Of a DNA stretch of 64,000 bases, positions 20,014-30,960 are shown piece by piece. The position numbers and the translations under genes are program-made. The notes under the pieces are model-generated. The model saw only the letters and a program-made list of their open reading frames with translations, was not told the DNA's origin and made no database searches. Source of the stretch: Candidatus Krumholzibacteriia bacterium. GTDB taxonomy: Bacteria > Krumholzibacteriota > Krumholzibacteriia > LZORAL124-64-63. The stretch spans positions 3,766 through 67,765 of the forward strand of contig CAWGRT010000015.1 in the NCBI GenBank assembly GCA_963825035.1, read 5' to 3'. The first letter of the stretch is position 1. Each line of letters opens with the position of its first letter.

Positions 20014-20513
20014 TGCCCGTCGCCCTGGCGCGCATCGACGACCGCCTGATCCACGGCCAGGTCACCGTGGGCTGGGGCACCCAGCTGCAGCCCGACCTGA
20101 TCCTCCTGGCCAACAACGCCGTCGCGGCCGACCCGTGGCAGTCCCGCGTCTACGCCAGCAGCGTGCCGCCCGAGATCAGGCGTCGCCATCCTCTCGGTGC
20201 ACGCCGCGGCCGCGCGGGTGGCCGACGCGGAGGAGACGGGCGAGCGCATCCTGCTGCTGACGGGCTCGCCGGGGGAGATGGCCGAGCTGGTGCGCCTGGG
20301 CGCGCCGATCGCCGCGGGTCAATCGTGGGCGGGCTGCACTACAGCGCCGGCAAGCAGGAGATGCTGCCCTTCGTCTACGTGGACCGGCAGGACCTGCGGG
20401 CCCTGCACCGCCTGCTGGAGCTGGGGGTCACCCTGGCGGCCCAGCAGGTGCCCGGCGGCCGCGCCCACCCGCTGGGCGCGGCCCAGCTGGCGGCCATGGA
20501 GGCACGCGTGTGA
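20013..20513 (+). CDS. PTS mannose-family EIIB component, two frame breaks
   Basis: ATG at 20013 shares its A with the EIIA stop. MPVALARIDDRLIHGQVTVGWGTQLQPDLILLANNAVAADPWQ..., GGLHYSAGKQEMLPFVYVDRQDLRALHRLLELGVTLAAQQVP. Confidence 0.8.
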   Translation: MPVALARIDDRLIHGQVTVGWGTQLQPDLILLANNAVAADPWQSRVYASSVPPEIRRRHPLGARRGRAGGRRGGDGRAHPAADGLAGGDGRAGAPGRADRRGSIVGGLHYSAGKQEMLPFVYVDRQDLRALHRLLELGVTLAAQQVPGGRAHPLGAAQLAAMEARV

Positions 20514-21266
20514 CGTTCCCGGCGGCGGCCGTATCGGCTCTGACCGATCCGACCTGGGCGGGCTTCGTGGCCGTCGCCCTGCTGGGGGGCCTGCTGGCCC
20601 TCGACGACACCGCCTACGGCCAGACCTGGTTCAGCCAGCCCCTGCCGGCGGCCCTGCTGGCCGGGCTGGGTGCTGGGGGATCCCCTGGACGGGCCTGGCC
20701 CTGGGCCTGCCCCTGCAGATCGTGCTGGCGGCCAACATCCCCGTGGGCCAGGGCTTCACCGGCGACCCGACGGCGGCCACCGTGGCGACCACCGGCGCCG
20801 CGGTGCTGGCGGACCGGGCCCAGGAACCGGTGCTGCTCCACGCCTCGCCGGGGCTGCCGCTGCTGGGCTGGCTGCTGCTGGCGGTGGCGCTGTTGAGCAT
20901 CGCCGGCCAGTGGGCGGTGCAGACCGAACGCCGGGGCAACACGGCCTGGATGCTGCTGGGCCACCGCACCCTGCGCGACGGCAACCTGGACCGCATCAGC
21001 CGCCTGCAGCTGCCGCTGCCTGACGGTGACGGCCCTGCGCGGGGCTCGTCACCACCGCCGCGGCCATGCTCCTGGTCCGCTACCTGTGGCTGCCGGTCTT
21101 CGCCCACCTGCCGGCGCGGGCGGCGGCCGCCTGCGGGCTGCTGGCGGTGCTGTTGCCGGGGCTGGGCCTGGGCACCCTGGTGGAGCAGTACGGGCTGCGC
21201 CGCAGCGCCCCGTGGCTGGCGGCCGGCCTGGCCGTGGCCGGCCTGTGGGCGGTGGTGCTGGCATGA
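20510..21266 (+). CDS. PTS mannose-family EIIC membrane component, frame-broken
   Basis: GTG at 20510 (GTGA overlap). AGFVAVALLGGLLALDDTAYGQTWFSQPLPAALLAGL, PWTGLALGLPLQIVLAANIPVG, C-terminus in ORF 21066..21266. Hydrophobic throughout. Confidence 0.65.
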
Positions 21267-22051
21267 CGCCGAGCGACCGGGCCACCTGGGTTTCGCCGAT
21301 CGCCTGCGGGTCTGGCTCTGGTCCCTGGGCCTGCAGGGCTCGTGGAACCCCCAGCGCATGCAGAACCTGGGGCTGCTGGCCACCCTGCTGGCCTGGCGGC
21401 GGCAGCGTGCCCACCGACGAGCGAGGACGACCGGCTCTTCTGCCGGCGCTACTACGAGTTCTTCAACACCAACCCCTACCTGGCCAACTACCTGGTGGGC
21501 GGCCTGATCCGGCTGGAGCAGGAACGCCGGGCCGGCGAAGCCGCCGCCGCCGGGCCTGGCCCAGACCTACCGCGATTCCCTGGGGCGGGCCTTGGCCTCC
21601 ATCGGCGACCAGCTGTTCTGGATGGGGCTGCGGCCCGGCCCTGGCCCTGGCGGTGTGCCTGCTGGCCCTGCTGGGCTGGTGGCCGGTCGCTGCTGGGGGT
21701 GATGGCGGTGTTCGCCGTGGGGCAGCTGTCCTGCGCTGGGTCAGCCTGGGTCGCGGCCTGGAACTGGGCATGGACCTGGTGGACGTGCTGGCGGCCCCGG
21801 GCTGGCACCGGGCCGTGGCGATCGTGCGGCGGAGCGGCATGTTGCTGGCAGGGCTGTTGGCTGGCGTGTATTTTCTTAAATTGCAGGATGTTGCCGCGTC
21901 CATGGACGCCGGCATGCTGGTGCTGGGCGGGGCCGTGGGCATGGGCCTGCCCCTGGTGCTGCGGCGGCGCCTGCCGGGCGAGGTGCTGATCCTCGCCGGC
22001 TGGCTGCTGGCCTTCCTGCTGTCCTTTGCGATTCCGCAGGCAGGCGGCTAG
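21263..22051 (+). CDS. PTS mannose-family EIID membrane component, frame-broken
   Basis: ATGA overlap at 21263. LWSLGLQGSWNPQRMQNLGLLATLL, RRYYEFFNTNPYLANYLVGGLIRLEQE (IID FFNT motif), hydrophobic C-terminus in ORF 21026..22051. Confidence 0.7.
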   Translation: MTPSDRATWVSPIACGSGSGPWACRARGTPSACRTWGCWPPCWPGGGSVPTDERGRPALLPALLRVLQHQPLPGQLPGGRPDPAGAGTPGRRSRRRRAWPRPTAIPWGGPWPPSATSCSGWGCGPALALAVCLLALLGWWPVAAGGDGGVRRGAAVLRWVSLGRGLELGMDLVDVLAAPGWHRAVAIVRRSGMLLAGLLAGVYFLKLQDVAASMDAGMLVLGGAVGMGLPLVLRRRLPGEVLILAGWLLAFLLSFAIPQAGG

Positions 22052-22098
22052 ATTATGGGTGCACTCGACTTTCTCCACGACGCCAAGGGACTCCGCAA

Positions 22099-22383
22099 TT
22101 GAAGACTGCGACTGCGACCGTTTCCGATCCGGTGGGATTCCACCTGCGTGCCGCCGGACGGATCGTGAAATTGACCAAGTCCTTCGCTTCGGAGGTGACG
22201 ATCCGCTACAATGGCCGGATCGCCAATGCGAAGAGCATCATGGGACTGGCGAGCCTGGCCGCCGAGTTCGGCACCGACGTGGAGATCGAGGTGGCCGGCC
22301 CCGACGAGGAGGCGGCCCTGGCGCGCATGGTGCACCTGATCGAGGTCGAACTGGCGGTTCCCGAACCCGAGCCCGGACACTGA
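22099..22383 (+). CDS. ptsH: phosphocarrier protein HPr
   Basis: TTG start. MKTATATVSDPVGFHLRAAGRIVKL (His-15 context), RIANAKSIMGLASL (Ser-46 context for HprK). Intact. Confidence 0.9.
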   Translation: MKTATATVSDPVGFHLRAAGRIVKLTKSFASEVTIRYNGRIANAKSIMGLASLAAEFGTDVEIEVAGPDEEAALARMVHLIEVELAVPEPEPGH

Positions 22384-22385
22384 TC

Positions 22386-24142
22386 GTGAAGCGGCTGACG
22401 GGCATCTCCGCCTCCCCGGCTACGCCATCGGGCCGGTCCACCCGGTCCGCCGGCGCAACCTGGTGGCCGAGCGCCGCACCATCGCGCCGGGCACCATCCC
22501 CGCCGAGTGCGAGCGCTTCGGCGCCGCCGTCGACCAGGCCCGCGCCGAGATCCAGGGCCTGGTGGACAGCCTGGCCCGGGAACTGGGGCCCGACGAGGCG
22601 GACATCCTCTCCAGCCAGCTGCTGATCCTCGAGGACACCATGGTCTGGGATGCCACCCTGGCGGTGATCCGCCTGGAGCGCATCAACGCCGAGGCCGCCT
22701 TCGCCCGCGCCGTGGGCGACCTGGCCACGCGCTTCCTGGAGATCGAGGACGAGACCTTCCGCGAGCGGGTCAACGACCTGCGGGACGTGGAGCAACGGGT
22801 GCTGCGGGCCTTCCTGGGGGACGGCCGGCCGCCCCTGGAACTGCCGCAGGTCCCGTCCATCGTCGTGGCCCGCAACCTGGCGCCCAGCGACACGGCGGCC
22901 CTGGGCCGGGACAACGTGCTGGGCTTCGCCATGGACGAGGGCGGGACCACCAGCCACGTGGCCATCCTGGCCCGCTCCCTGGGGGTGCCGGCGGTGGTGG
23001 GCCTGGCCGGGGCGCGCCGTCGAGCTGGCCGCCGGGCGCCCTGGTGGCCGTCGACGGCACCGAGGGCCACGCTGGTGCTGGATCCGGACCAGGAGACCCG
23101 CGAGCACTACGCGGCCATGGGCCGCCACCAGCGCGCCACCAACGAGAAGCTGGCCTTCCTGCGGGACCTGCCGGCGGTCACCCCGGACGGGCGCCGGGTG
23201 GCCATGATGGCCAACATCGAGCTGCCCATCGAGCTGGACGAGGCCGTCGCCCGCGGCGCCGAGGGCGTGGGCCTGTTGCGCACCGAGTATCTCTTCTTCC
23301 AGCACGCCACCATCCCCACGGAGGAGGACCAGGTCCGGGTCTACACCCGTTTCGTGGAGCGCATGGCCGGCAAGCCGGTGGTGTTCCGGACCCTGGACGT
23401 GGGCGGGGACAAGGTCTCCGACTACCTGGGGGCCAAGCGGGAGTACAACCCCTTCCTGGGCTGGCGCGGGATCCGCTTCCTGCTGGCCAACCGCGCCCTG
23501 TTCAAGACCCAGGTGCGGGCCATCCTGCGGGCGGCCGCCGACGGCCAGGCACGGCTCATGTTCCCCATGATCACGGGGGTGGGGGAGCTGCGGGAGGCCA
23601 AGGCCGTGGTGGCCGAGGCCGCCGCCGAGCTGCAGCGGGAGGGCCTGCCCCACGCGCCGGACATCCCCCTGGGCATCATGGTCGAGACGCCGTCGGCGGT
23701 GCTGGCGGCCGATCTGCTGGCGGCCGAGTGCGACTTCTTCAGCATCGGCACCAACGACCTGATCCAGTACACCCTGGCCATGGATCGGGGCAACGCCCGG
23801 GTTTCGTACCTCTACCAGCCCCTGCACCCGGCCATCCTGCGGGCCATCGACCACACGGTGAAGGCGGCCCACGCCGCGGGCATCGAGGCGGGGCTGTGCG
23901 GGGAGATGGGGTCGGAGACGCGCCTGGCCGAGGTCCTGCTGGGGCTGGGCCTGGACGAGATCAGCCTCCACGGCGCGGCCCTGCCCAAGATCAAGCAGGT
24001 CATCCGCTGGACCGATTCCACCGAGGCCCGCCGCCTGGTGGACCGGCTGCTGACCATGCCCACGGCCGAGGAGGCCAACGCCGACCTGGCCGCGTACATC
24101 GCCGAGCGCAAACGCGCCCGCGCCGAACAGGGAGCGACCTGA
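22386..24142 (+). CDS. ptsI: phosphoenolpyruvate-protein phosphotransferase (PTS enzyme I), about 3 frame breaks
   Basis: VKRLTGISASPG.., GGTTSHVAILARSLGVPAVVG (phospho-His), GVGLLRTEYLF, FRTLDVGGDK, NPFLGWRGIR, FFSIGTNDLIQYTLAMDR, CGEM. Confidence 0.95.
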
Positions 24143-25219
24143 TGCCCCACCGCTGGCCCGAGGGCGGCGCCGGCCGCATGTTCCATCTGGTGGACCGCCT
24201 GCCGGACCAGCTCCTGGAGAGCGGCGGTCTGCCCGGCCTGGACGGCGTGGCGGCCGCCGGTCCCGCGCCCGCGCGGACGATCCTCTGCGGCATGGGCGGC
24301 TCGGCCATCGCCGGCGACCTGGTGCGGCCGCTGCTGGCCCGGAACCAGCTCCACGTGCACCGGGACTACGGGCTGCCCGCCTGGGCCGGGCCCGACGACC
24401 TGGTGATCGTCTCCTCGTATTCGGGCGAACACCGAGGAATCCCTGGCCGGCTGGCGCGAGGCCGAGGCCCGCGGCTGCCGGCGCCTGGCCGCGACGTCCG
24501 GCGGCGAACTGGCCGACCTGGCCGCGGCCGCGGGTGTCCCCCTGGTGCGGTTGCCCGGCGGCCTGCCGCCCCGGGCGGCCCTCGGCTACGGCCTGGGGGC
24601 CCTGGTGCGGATCCTGGGCGCCCTGGGGGCGGTGGACGACGCCGACGGCGAGATCCGGGCGGCGACGGCCGTGCTCAAGGGAGCCGCTCCGGGGCGGCTG
24701 GCCCCCTACGCCCGGGCCGGCGAGGCGGCCCTGGTCCCGTCCGACGAGCCCGGCGCCCGGGCCACGGCTGAGGCCCTGCGGGGCCGGGTGGCGGTGGTCT
24801 ACACCGCCGGCGCCGAGGCCCACGCGGCCGGCCAGCGGCTGAAGGCGCAGCTGAACGAGAACGCCAAGGTGCCGGCCCTGGTGGCGGCCTTTCCCGAACT
24901 GGACCACAATGACCTGGTGGGCTGGGCCGTGGATGCGGACCTGCGCGGTCGTTTTGTCCTTCTCATCCTCGCGGCCGGGGCCGATAATGGGCGCCTCGCG
25001 CGCCGGGTCGCGGCCACCCGCGAGCTCCTGGCCGGCGAGTTTCCCGAGATCATCCGTGTCGAGGCCCGCGGCGACCGCCGCCTCGCCCGGATCATGTCCC
25101 TGGTGCAGTACGGCGACTTCGTCAGCTGCCACCTGGCGGACCTGCGCGGCGTCGATCCGGTGCCGGTGGACCGCATCACGCGACTGAAGGAGGCGCTGGC
25201 CGGCGGGCCGGACGCCTGA
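24142..25219 (+). CDS. SIS-domain bifunctional phosphoglucose/phosphomannose isomerase-like protein, one frame break
   Basis: ATG at 24142 shares its A with the ptsI stop. ILCGMGGSAIAGDLVRPLL...LVIVSSYSG, then PRAALGYGLGALVRIL, GQRLKAQLNENAKVPALVAAFPELDHNDLVGW, MSLVQYGDFVSCHLADLRGVDPVPVDRI. Confidence 0.7.
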
Positions 25220-25253
25220 GACCCGCGCGGCGGTTGCCGCGTGCGGAGGCACC

Positions 25254-26231
25254 ATGAAGGCAGTGATTCCGGCCGCCGGCGTGGGCACGCGCCTGCGGCC
25301 CCACACCCTGACCAAGCCCAAGGCCCTGCTGCCGGTGGCCGGCAAGCCGATCCTGGCGCACATCGTCGACGACCTGGCCGCCGCCGGGATCGACGGTTTC
25401 GTGCTGATCGTGGGCTACAAGGGCGACGCGGTGCGGGCCTGGTTCGCCCGCGAGCGCCCCGACCTGGACATCACGTTCGTGGTGCAGGAGAAGCGCCTGG
25501 GTCTGGGCCACGCCATCTGGACGGCCCGCGAGGCGCTGGGCGACGAGCCCTTCTTCTGCATCCTGGGGGACACCATCCTCAAGGCCGACTACGCCGCGTT
25601 GCTGGGGGCCGACACCAACCTCATCGGCGTGCGCGAGGTGGCCGACCCCCGCCGCTTCGGCGTGGTGGAGATGGACGGTGACCGGGTGCGCCGATTCGTG
25701 GAGAAGCCCGACGTGCCTCCGAGCAACCTGGCCATCGTCGGGGCCTACCTGTTCCGGGACGCGCCGGCCCTGTGGGCGGCGCTGGACCGGGTCGTGGGCG
25801 AGGACATCCGCACCCGCGGCGAGTACCAGCTGACCGACGCCCTGCAGCTGATGATCGAAGCGGGCTGCGGCTTCACCACCGCCACGGTGGTGGACTGGTA
25901 CGACTGCGGCAAGGCGGAGACCTGGCTGGACACCAACCGGGTCCTGCTGGCGCGGGCCGGCGCCGGCGCGGCGGAACGGCGGCCGGGCGTGACGGCGCCG
26001 TGCCACCTGGCGCCGGACGTGGTGGTGGAGGATTGCCGCCTCGGCCCCGACGTCTCGGTGGGGCCGGGCACGGTGCTGCGCCGCTGCGAACTGAGCGACT
26101 GCGTCGTGGGCGAGGGCAGCCGCCTGGAGGATTGCCGCCTGACGGCCAGCCTGGTGGGGGACCACTGCGTCCTGAAGGGCGCGACCGGATCGGTCAACCT
26201 GGGGGATTTCAGCGAGATCAGCGCGAGCTGA
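25254..26231 (+). CDS. sugar-1-phosphate nucleotidyltransferase with a C-terminal left-handed beta-helix
   Basis: MKAVIPAAGVGTRLRPHTLTKPKALLPVAGKPILAHIVDDL..., RFGVVEMDGDRVRRFVEKP. Hexapeptide-like repeats at the C-terminus. Intact. Sugar and nucleotide specificity not determinable by eye. Confidence 0.8.
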   Translation: MKAVIPAAGVGTRLRPHTLTKPKALLPVAGKPILAHIVDDLAAAGIDGFVLIVGYKGDAVRAWFARERPDLDITFVVQEKRLGLGHAIWTAREALGDEPFFCILGDTILKADYAALLGADTNLIGVREVADPRRFGVVEMDGDRVRRFVEKPDVPPSNLAIVGAYLFRDAPALWAALDRVVGEDIRTRGEYQLTDALQLMIEAGCGFTTATVVDWYDCGKAETWLDTNRVLLARAGAGAAERRPGVTAPCHLAPDVVVEDCRLGPDVSVGPGTVLRRCELSDCVVGEGSRLEDCRLTASLVGDHCVLKGATGSVNLGDFSEISAS

Positions 26232-26285
26232 GCCAACCGCCGGGGCCGCGCGCGGCACCGGTGCCATACAGGGAAGGAAACGAGC

Positions 26286-27431
<1,146 letters not shown>

Positions 27432-27457
27432 GGCCGCCGGCCCCGGAAGCCAAAGCG

Positions 27458-27488
27458 AAGGCCGCCCCCGTCGGGGGCGGCCTTTTCC
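27458..27488. terminator. bidirectional hairpin terminator between metK(+) and the PKD lipoprotein gene(-)
   Basis: AAGGCCGCCCCC-gtc-GGGGGCGGCCTT followed by TTCC (T-run on +, A-run context on -). Confidence 0.7.
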
Positions 27489-27510
27489 GTGCCGGATCGC
27501 GGTGCGGGTG

Positions 27511-28164
27511 TCAGTTGACGGTGACGGTCACCGTGTCGCTCCGGGTCACGGCCCAGCCGACGTAGGTGCACCGCAGCTCCACCTGATAGACGCCGGGGGC
27601 GGAGAACGTGTGCGCCGGTTCGGCGCCGGTGTAGACGCCGCCGTCGGGGAAGCCCGGGTCGTGCATGAACCACTTCTGCTCCAGATAGCTGGCCCGGTCC
27701 GAGAGGGAATTGGCATCGACCCCGCAGGTGCCGGCCCGGTAGTCGAAGTGCACCGTGTCGGCCGTGGTCACCGGGCCGGTGGCGTCGGACGTGGCGTCCA
27801 CCATGAGGCTGTCCAGGACCACCGTCACCGGCAGCGAGCGCGTGGCGCTGTTGCCGTCGGGGTCCTCGACCCGCAGGGTCACGTTGTATTCGCCCGCGTC
27901 CTCGTAGACGTGGTACGCGATGGACGTGGTGGACGTGGCCCCGTCGCCGAAGTCCCAGGTGAAATTGAGGTTGTTGTTGCCGCCGGTGGCGTCGCCCGTC
28001 TCGTTGCCACCCGAAGCGATCCCGTAGACCTCCACCTGCATGGGCGTAACCCCGCAGGACGGCGTCACGAAGATACGGGTGATCGCGGGCTTGCTCGTGT
28101 CGTTGCAGGCAGCGGTGGCGAGCACCAGCACGCCCGCGGCCAGGATCAGGATGGCGCGTTTCAT
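27511..28164 (-). CDS. PKD-domain lipoprotein
   Basis: MKRAILILAAGVLVLATAAC (lipobox). FTWDFGDGATSTTSIAYHVYEDAGEYNVTLRVEDPDGNSATRSLPVTV is a typical PKD repeat. Second repeat ...HTFSAPGVYQVELRCTY. The raw ORF extends to 28194; the internal ATG at 28164 is preferred. Confidence 0.7.
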   Translation of the reverse strand: MKRAILILAAGVLVLATAACNDTSKPAITRIFVTPSCGVTPMQVEVYGIASGGNETGDATGGNNNLNFTWDFGDGATSTTSIAYHVYEDAGEYNVTLRVEDPDGNSATRSLPVTVVLDSLMVDATSDATGPVTTADTVHFDYRAGTCGVDANSLSDRASYLEQKWFMHDPGFPDGGVYTGAEPAHTFSAPGVYQVELRCTYVGWAVTRSDTVTVTVN

Positions 28165-28319
28165 CGGTTTGGCAGTCTCCCTGTGGGGTGGCAAGGAATC
28201 CAGGGGCTCCGGAACCCCGTCCCGGACCCGTCCTGCCTGGTCGCAATCAATGTATCAAGCTAGGCCGCCGCGGGCAAGGAGTCCAGCGATTTCCGCGTCG
28301 CTTCCCGCCGTGCGGAAGG

Positions 28320-29396
28320 TCAGCGCCGGGCCCGGGCGAACAGGACGGCGAAGATCAGGGCGTAGAACGCGTTGCCGGTCCAGGCCGCCGGAACCGGGCC
28401 GATGGTGCCGTTGTGGCCCAGGGCCCGCCCGAAGTTCATGAAGAGGTAGTAGCCGAAGCTGACCGCCAGGGTCAGTCCGAACCCCGAGGCGATGGTGGTC
28501 TTGCGGGGGCCCGAGGCCAGCACCACGCCCATCAGGACCACGATCAGGTTGACCAGCGGAAACGCCAGGTTGAACTGGATGTCCACCAGGGCGCCGGTGG
28601 GGTCGCCGCCGCTCTGTCGCACCAGGGCGGCGTAGTCCCACAGCTGGCGGATGTTCATGTCCTCCTGGCGGATGCGGTCCCGGTAGAAGCTGCGGGGGTC
28701 CACCCGCAGGTCCGCGGCGGTCAGGCGGTCGAAGGGGGCGATGACCTCCTCGTCGCCCTGGAAGGTCCGCTTCACCCCGTCCACCAGGGTCCAGTGCTTG
28801 CCGTCCCACTCGGCACGGGCGGCGTCGATCCGCTCGACCGCCGTGGGACCGCGCTTGGTGACGATGGTCAGCCCCGTCAGCAGGCCCGTGTTGGGGTCGA
28901 AGCGCCGGGCGTAGTAGATCCGCCCGTCCGGCCCGGTCAGGGAGATGTTCTGGGTGGGCCGGATGCGGTCGGCGTTGTGGTGGACTTCCACCTCCCACAC
29001 CCGGTTGCGCTCGACGTTGGCCGTGGGCAGGACGTACTCCCGCCAGGCCAGGGAGAACAGGGTCACCAGCACGCCCAGGACGATCAGGGGCCGCGTCACC
29101 TGCAGCAGGGAGCGGCCCGCGGCGAACAGGGCCGTCAGTTCCAGGTAGCGGGCCATGGTGCCCACGGTGAACAGGGTCGCCATGAGCATGGCCACCGGCA
29201 GCACCGTGTCGATGATCCAGGCGGCCTTGTACAGGTAGTAGCGGCCGACCATGGACAGGGTGGCGTGGTTGTCCACGAAGCTGCCCACGTGGTCCAGGAG
29301 GTCCATCATCGTGAACAGCACGATGGCCCCGACGATGGTGTAGGCCAGGTTGCGCAGGAAGGTGCCCAGCAGGTGGCGGTTGATGATCCCCGTCAT
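28320..29396 (-). CDS. lptG: LptF/LptG-family LPS export permease
   Basis: MTGIINRHLLGTFLRNLAYTIVGAIVLFTMMDLL..., six hydrophobic segments plus a central periplasmic domain, intact. F versus G is assigned from gene order only. Confidence 0.8.
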   Translation of the reverse strand: MTGIINRHLLGTFLRNLAYTIVGAIVLFTMMDLLDHVGSFVDNHATLSMVGRYYLYKAAWIIDTVLPVAMLMATLFTVGTMARYLELTALFAAGRSLLQVTRPLIVLGVLVTLFSLAWREYVLPTANVERNRVWEVEVHHNADRIRPTQNISLTGPDGRIYYARRFDPNTGLLTGLTIVTKRGPTAVERIDAARAEWDGKHWTLVDGVKRTFQGDEEVIAPFDRLTAADLRVDPRSFYRDRIRQEDMNIRQLWDYAALVRQSGGDPTGALVDIQFNLAFPLVNLIVVLMGVVLASGPRKTTIASGFGLTLAVSFGYYLFMNFGRALGHNGTIGPVPAAWTGNAFYALIFAVLFARARR

Positions 29397-30802
29397 GGGG
29401 CGTCACCGCCGGCGTGCCGCTTGGGATGGCGGGGCTTGAGGGTGATGCTCAGCAGGGTCGACTCCTTGACCGCGCGCAGGAAGATGGGGATGCCGATGGC
29501 CACCAGCACGATGTTGGCGCCCCACATGGCCAGGAACGGATCCAGGCGCCCCCGGTCGGCGAACTTCTCCCCGCCCACCAGGAACAGGTAGTACACCAGG
29601 TAGACGGCGATGGCCAGGCTCACGCTGACCCCCTTGCCGGCCCGGGACGAGGTCACCGCCATGGGCACCCCCAGCAGCGCGAACACCACGCAGGCGAAGG
29701 GGATGGCGAACTTCTTGTGGAACTCCACCATGTAGCGGTTCTCCTTGATGGCGAAGGAGCCCACCACCACCTTGTTGTAGCCCGCCTGCTCGATGGTCCG
29801 GTCCAGCTTGGTCCGCGTGGCCCGGAACCGCGGCTCCAGGTAGACCTGCCGCGCCCGATCGCCCGGAGGCGCCTCGCGGGTGCCCAGCACGTCGTTGCGG
29901 CGCTCGGGGTCCAGCAGCTGCCACTGCCAGCGGGCGACTCCGGCCTCCTGCTCGAACATCTGGCCGCGGGAGGCGTCGGCCCGGTCGCGCTCCTCGCCGG
30001 CGGCCTGCCACAGGTCGGTCAGGTTCATCTCCCGGTCGCCCCGCGCCTTGCGCCCGGAATCGGAGAAGTCCCGCTCCGCGTTCTTGACGTAGAGGTTGCG
30101 CTGGCCGAAGCGGGTCTTCTGGTACTTGTCCGGATCCTTGGCGTCGGGCCGGTCGTGGATCTCCCCGTCGTGGAGCTGGATCAGCATGGTGTTGGAGCCG
30201 TGGTCCGGCACGATCAGGCCCCAGGCGGCGGTCGTCAGGCGGGGGGAGAGGTCCCCGGGCCGCTCGCGCTCCAGGATGGCCACGTTCTCGATGCGCCCGG
30301 TCAGGTCGTCCTTGCTGCCCACGTAGATGGTCATGTTGTCGCCCAGGTCCGTGAACTGCCGGGGGCGGATGTCCAGCATGGGCTTGGAGCGGTTGATGTC
30401 GTAGACAAGGTTGGCCAGGGTGTGGTTGGATTCGGGGAACACGAAGTGGTTGTAGGCCGTCAGGCCGATGGTGATCAGGCCCGCACCGACCAGCAGGGGC
30501 CGGAGCACCGTCCACAGGCCGATCCCGCTGGCCTTGAGCGCCGTAATTTCCTGGTCGGCCGCCAGTTGCCCCACGCTCATGAGGATCGCGATGAGCACCG
30601 CCATCGGCACGGAAAGTGCAAACGTGTGCCCCAGGCTCAATGCCAGCACCTTCGTGGCCAGCAGGAACGGAACACCTTTGGTGACAAAGAGATCGACGTA
30701 TTTGAAGAGGATCTCTATCATCATCAGGAAGGTGATGACGAAGAGCCCGAAGAAGAACGGTCCGGCGGCCGAGAGCAGCAAGTGTCTGTAAATCAGGTAC
30801 AT
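29393..30802 (-). CDS. lptF: LptF/LptG-family LPS export permease with an enlarged periplasmic insert
   Basis: MYLIYRHLLLSAAGPFFFGLFVITFLMMIEILFKYVDLFV...EITALKASGIGLW..., 469 aa, intact. ATGA-type overlap with the downstream permease gene. Confidence 0.8.
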   Translation of the reverse strand: MYLIYRHLLLSAAGPFFFGLFVITFLMMIEILFKYVDLFVTKGVPFLLATKVLALSLGHTFALSVPMAVLIAILMSVGQLAADQEITALKASGIGLWTVLRPLLVGAGLITIGLTAYNHFVFPESNHTLANLVYDINRSKPMLDIRPRQFTDLGDNMTIYVGSKDDLTGRIENVAILERERPGDLSPRLTTAAWGLIVPDHGSNTMLIQLHDGEIHDRPDAKDPDKYQKTRFGQRNLYVKNAERDFSDSGRKARGDREMNLTDLWQAAGEERDRADASRGQMFEQEAGVARWQWQLLDPERRNDVLGTREAPPGDRARQVYLEPRFRATRTKLDRTIEQAGYNKVVVGSFAIKENRYMVEFHKKFAIPFACVVFALLGVPMAVTSSRAGKGVSVSLAIAVYLVYYLFLVGGEKFADRGRLDPFLAMWGANIVLVAIGIPIFLRAVKESTLLSITLKPRHPKRHAGGDAP

Positions 30803-30960
30803 ATGCTTTCTTTCCTACCGCCGCCGCTCGACCCGGCGGCAGGCCGGATCACCGCGGACTGGCCCGAGCCGAGGTCAGCCTGACCATTTTCGTGGACGTC
30901 AGCCGCTACGGCCAGCGCTAAGTTGGCCCCGGAACCCGCCCGAGACAAGGAGCGCCGCGC

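Noticed and set aside
22238-25363. Very long antisense or alternate-frame ORFs, such as the 1041-aa ORF on the minus strand here. Similar cases: 4361..6136(-), 9586..11187(-), 16077..17432(-), 25176..27356(-), 50442..52292(+), 56739..58148(-).
   Set aside because: They are Arg/Pro/Gly/Ala-rich with no recognisable motifs. Each lies opposite or out of frame to a well-supported gene (ptsI, folE, pyrG, rpoN, metK, dsbD, valS). High GC suppresses stop codons, so these are shadow ORFs.
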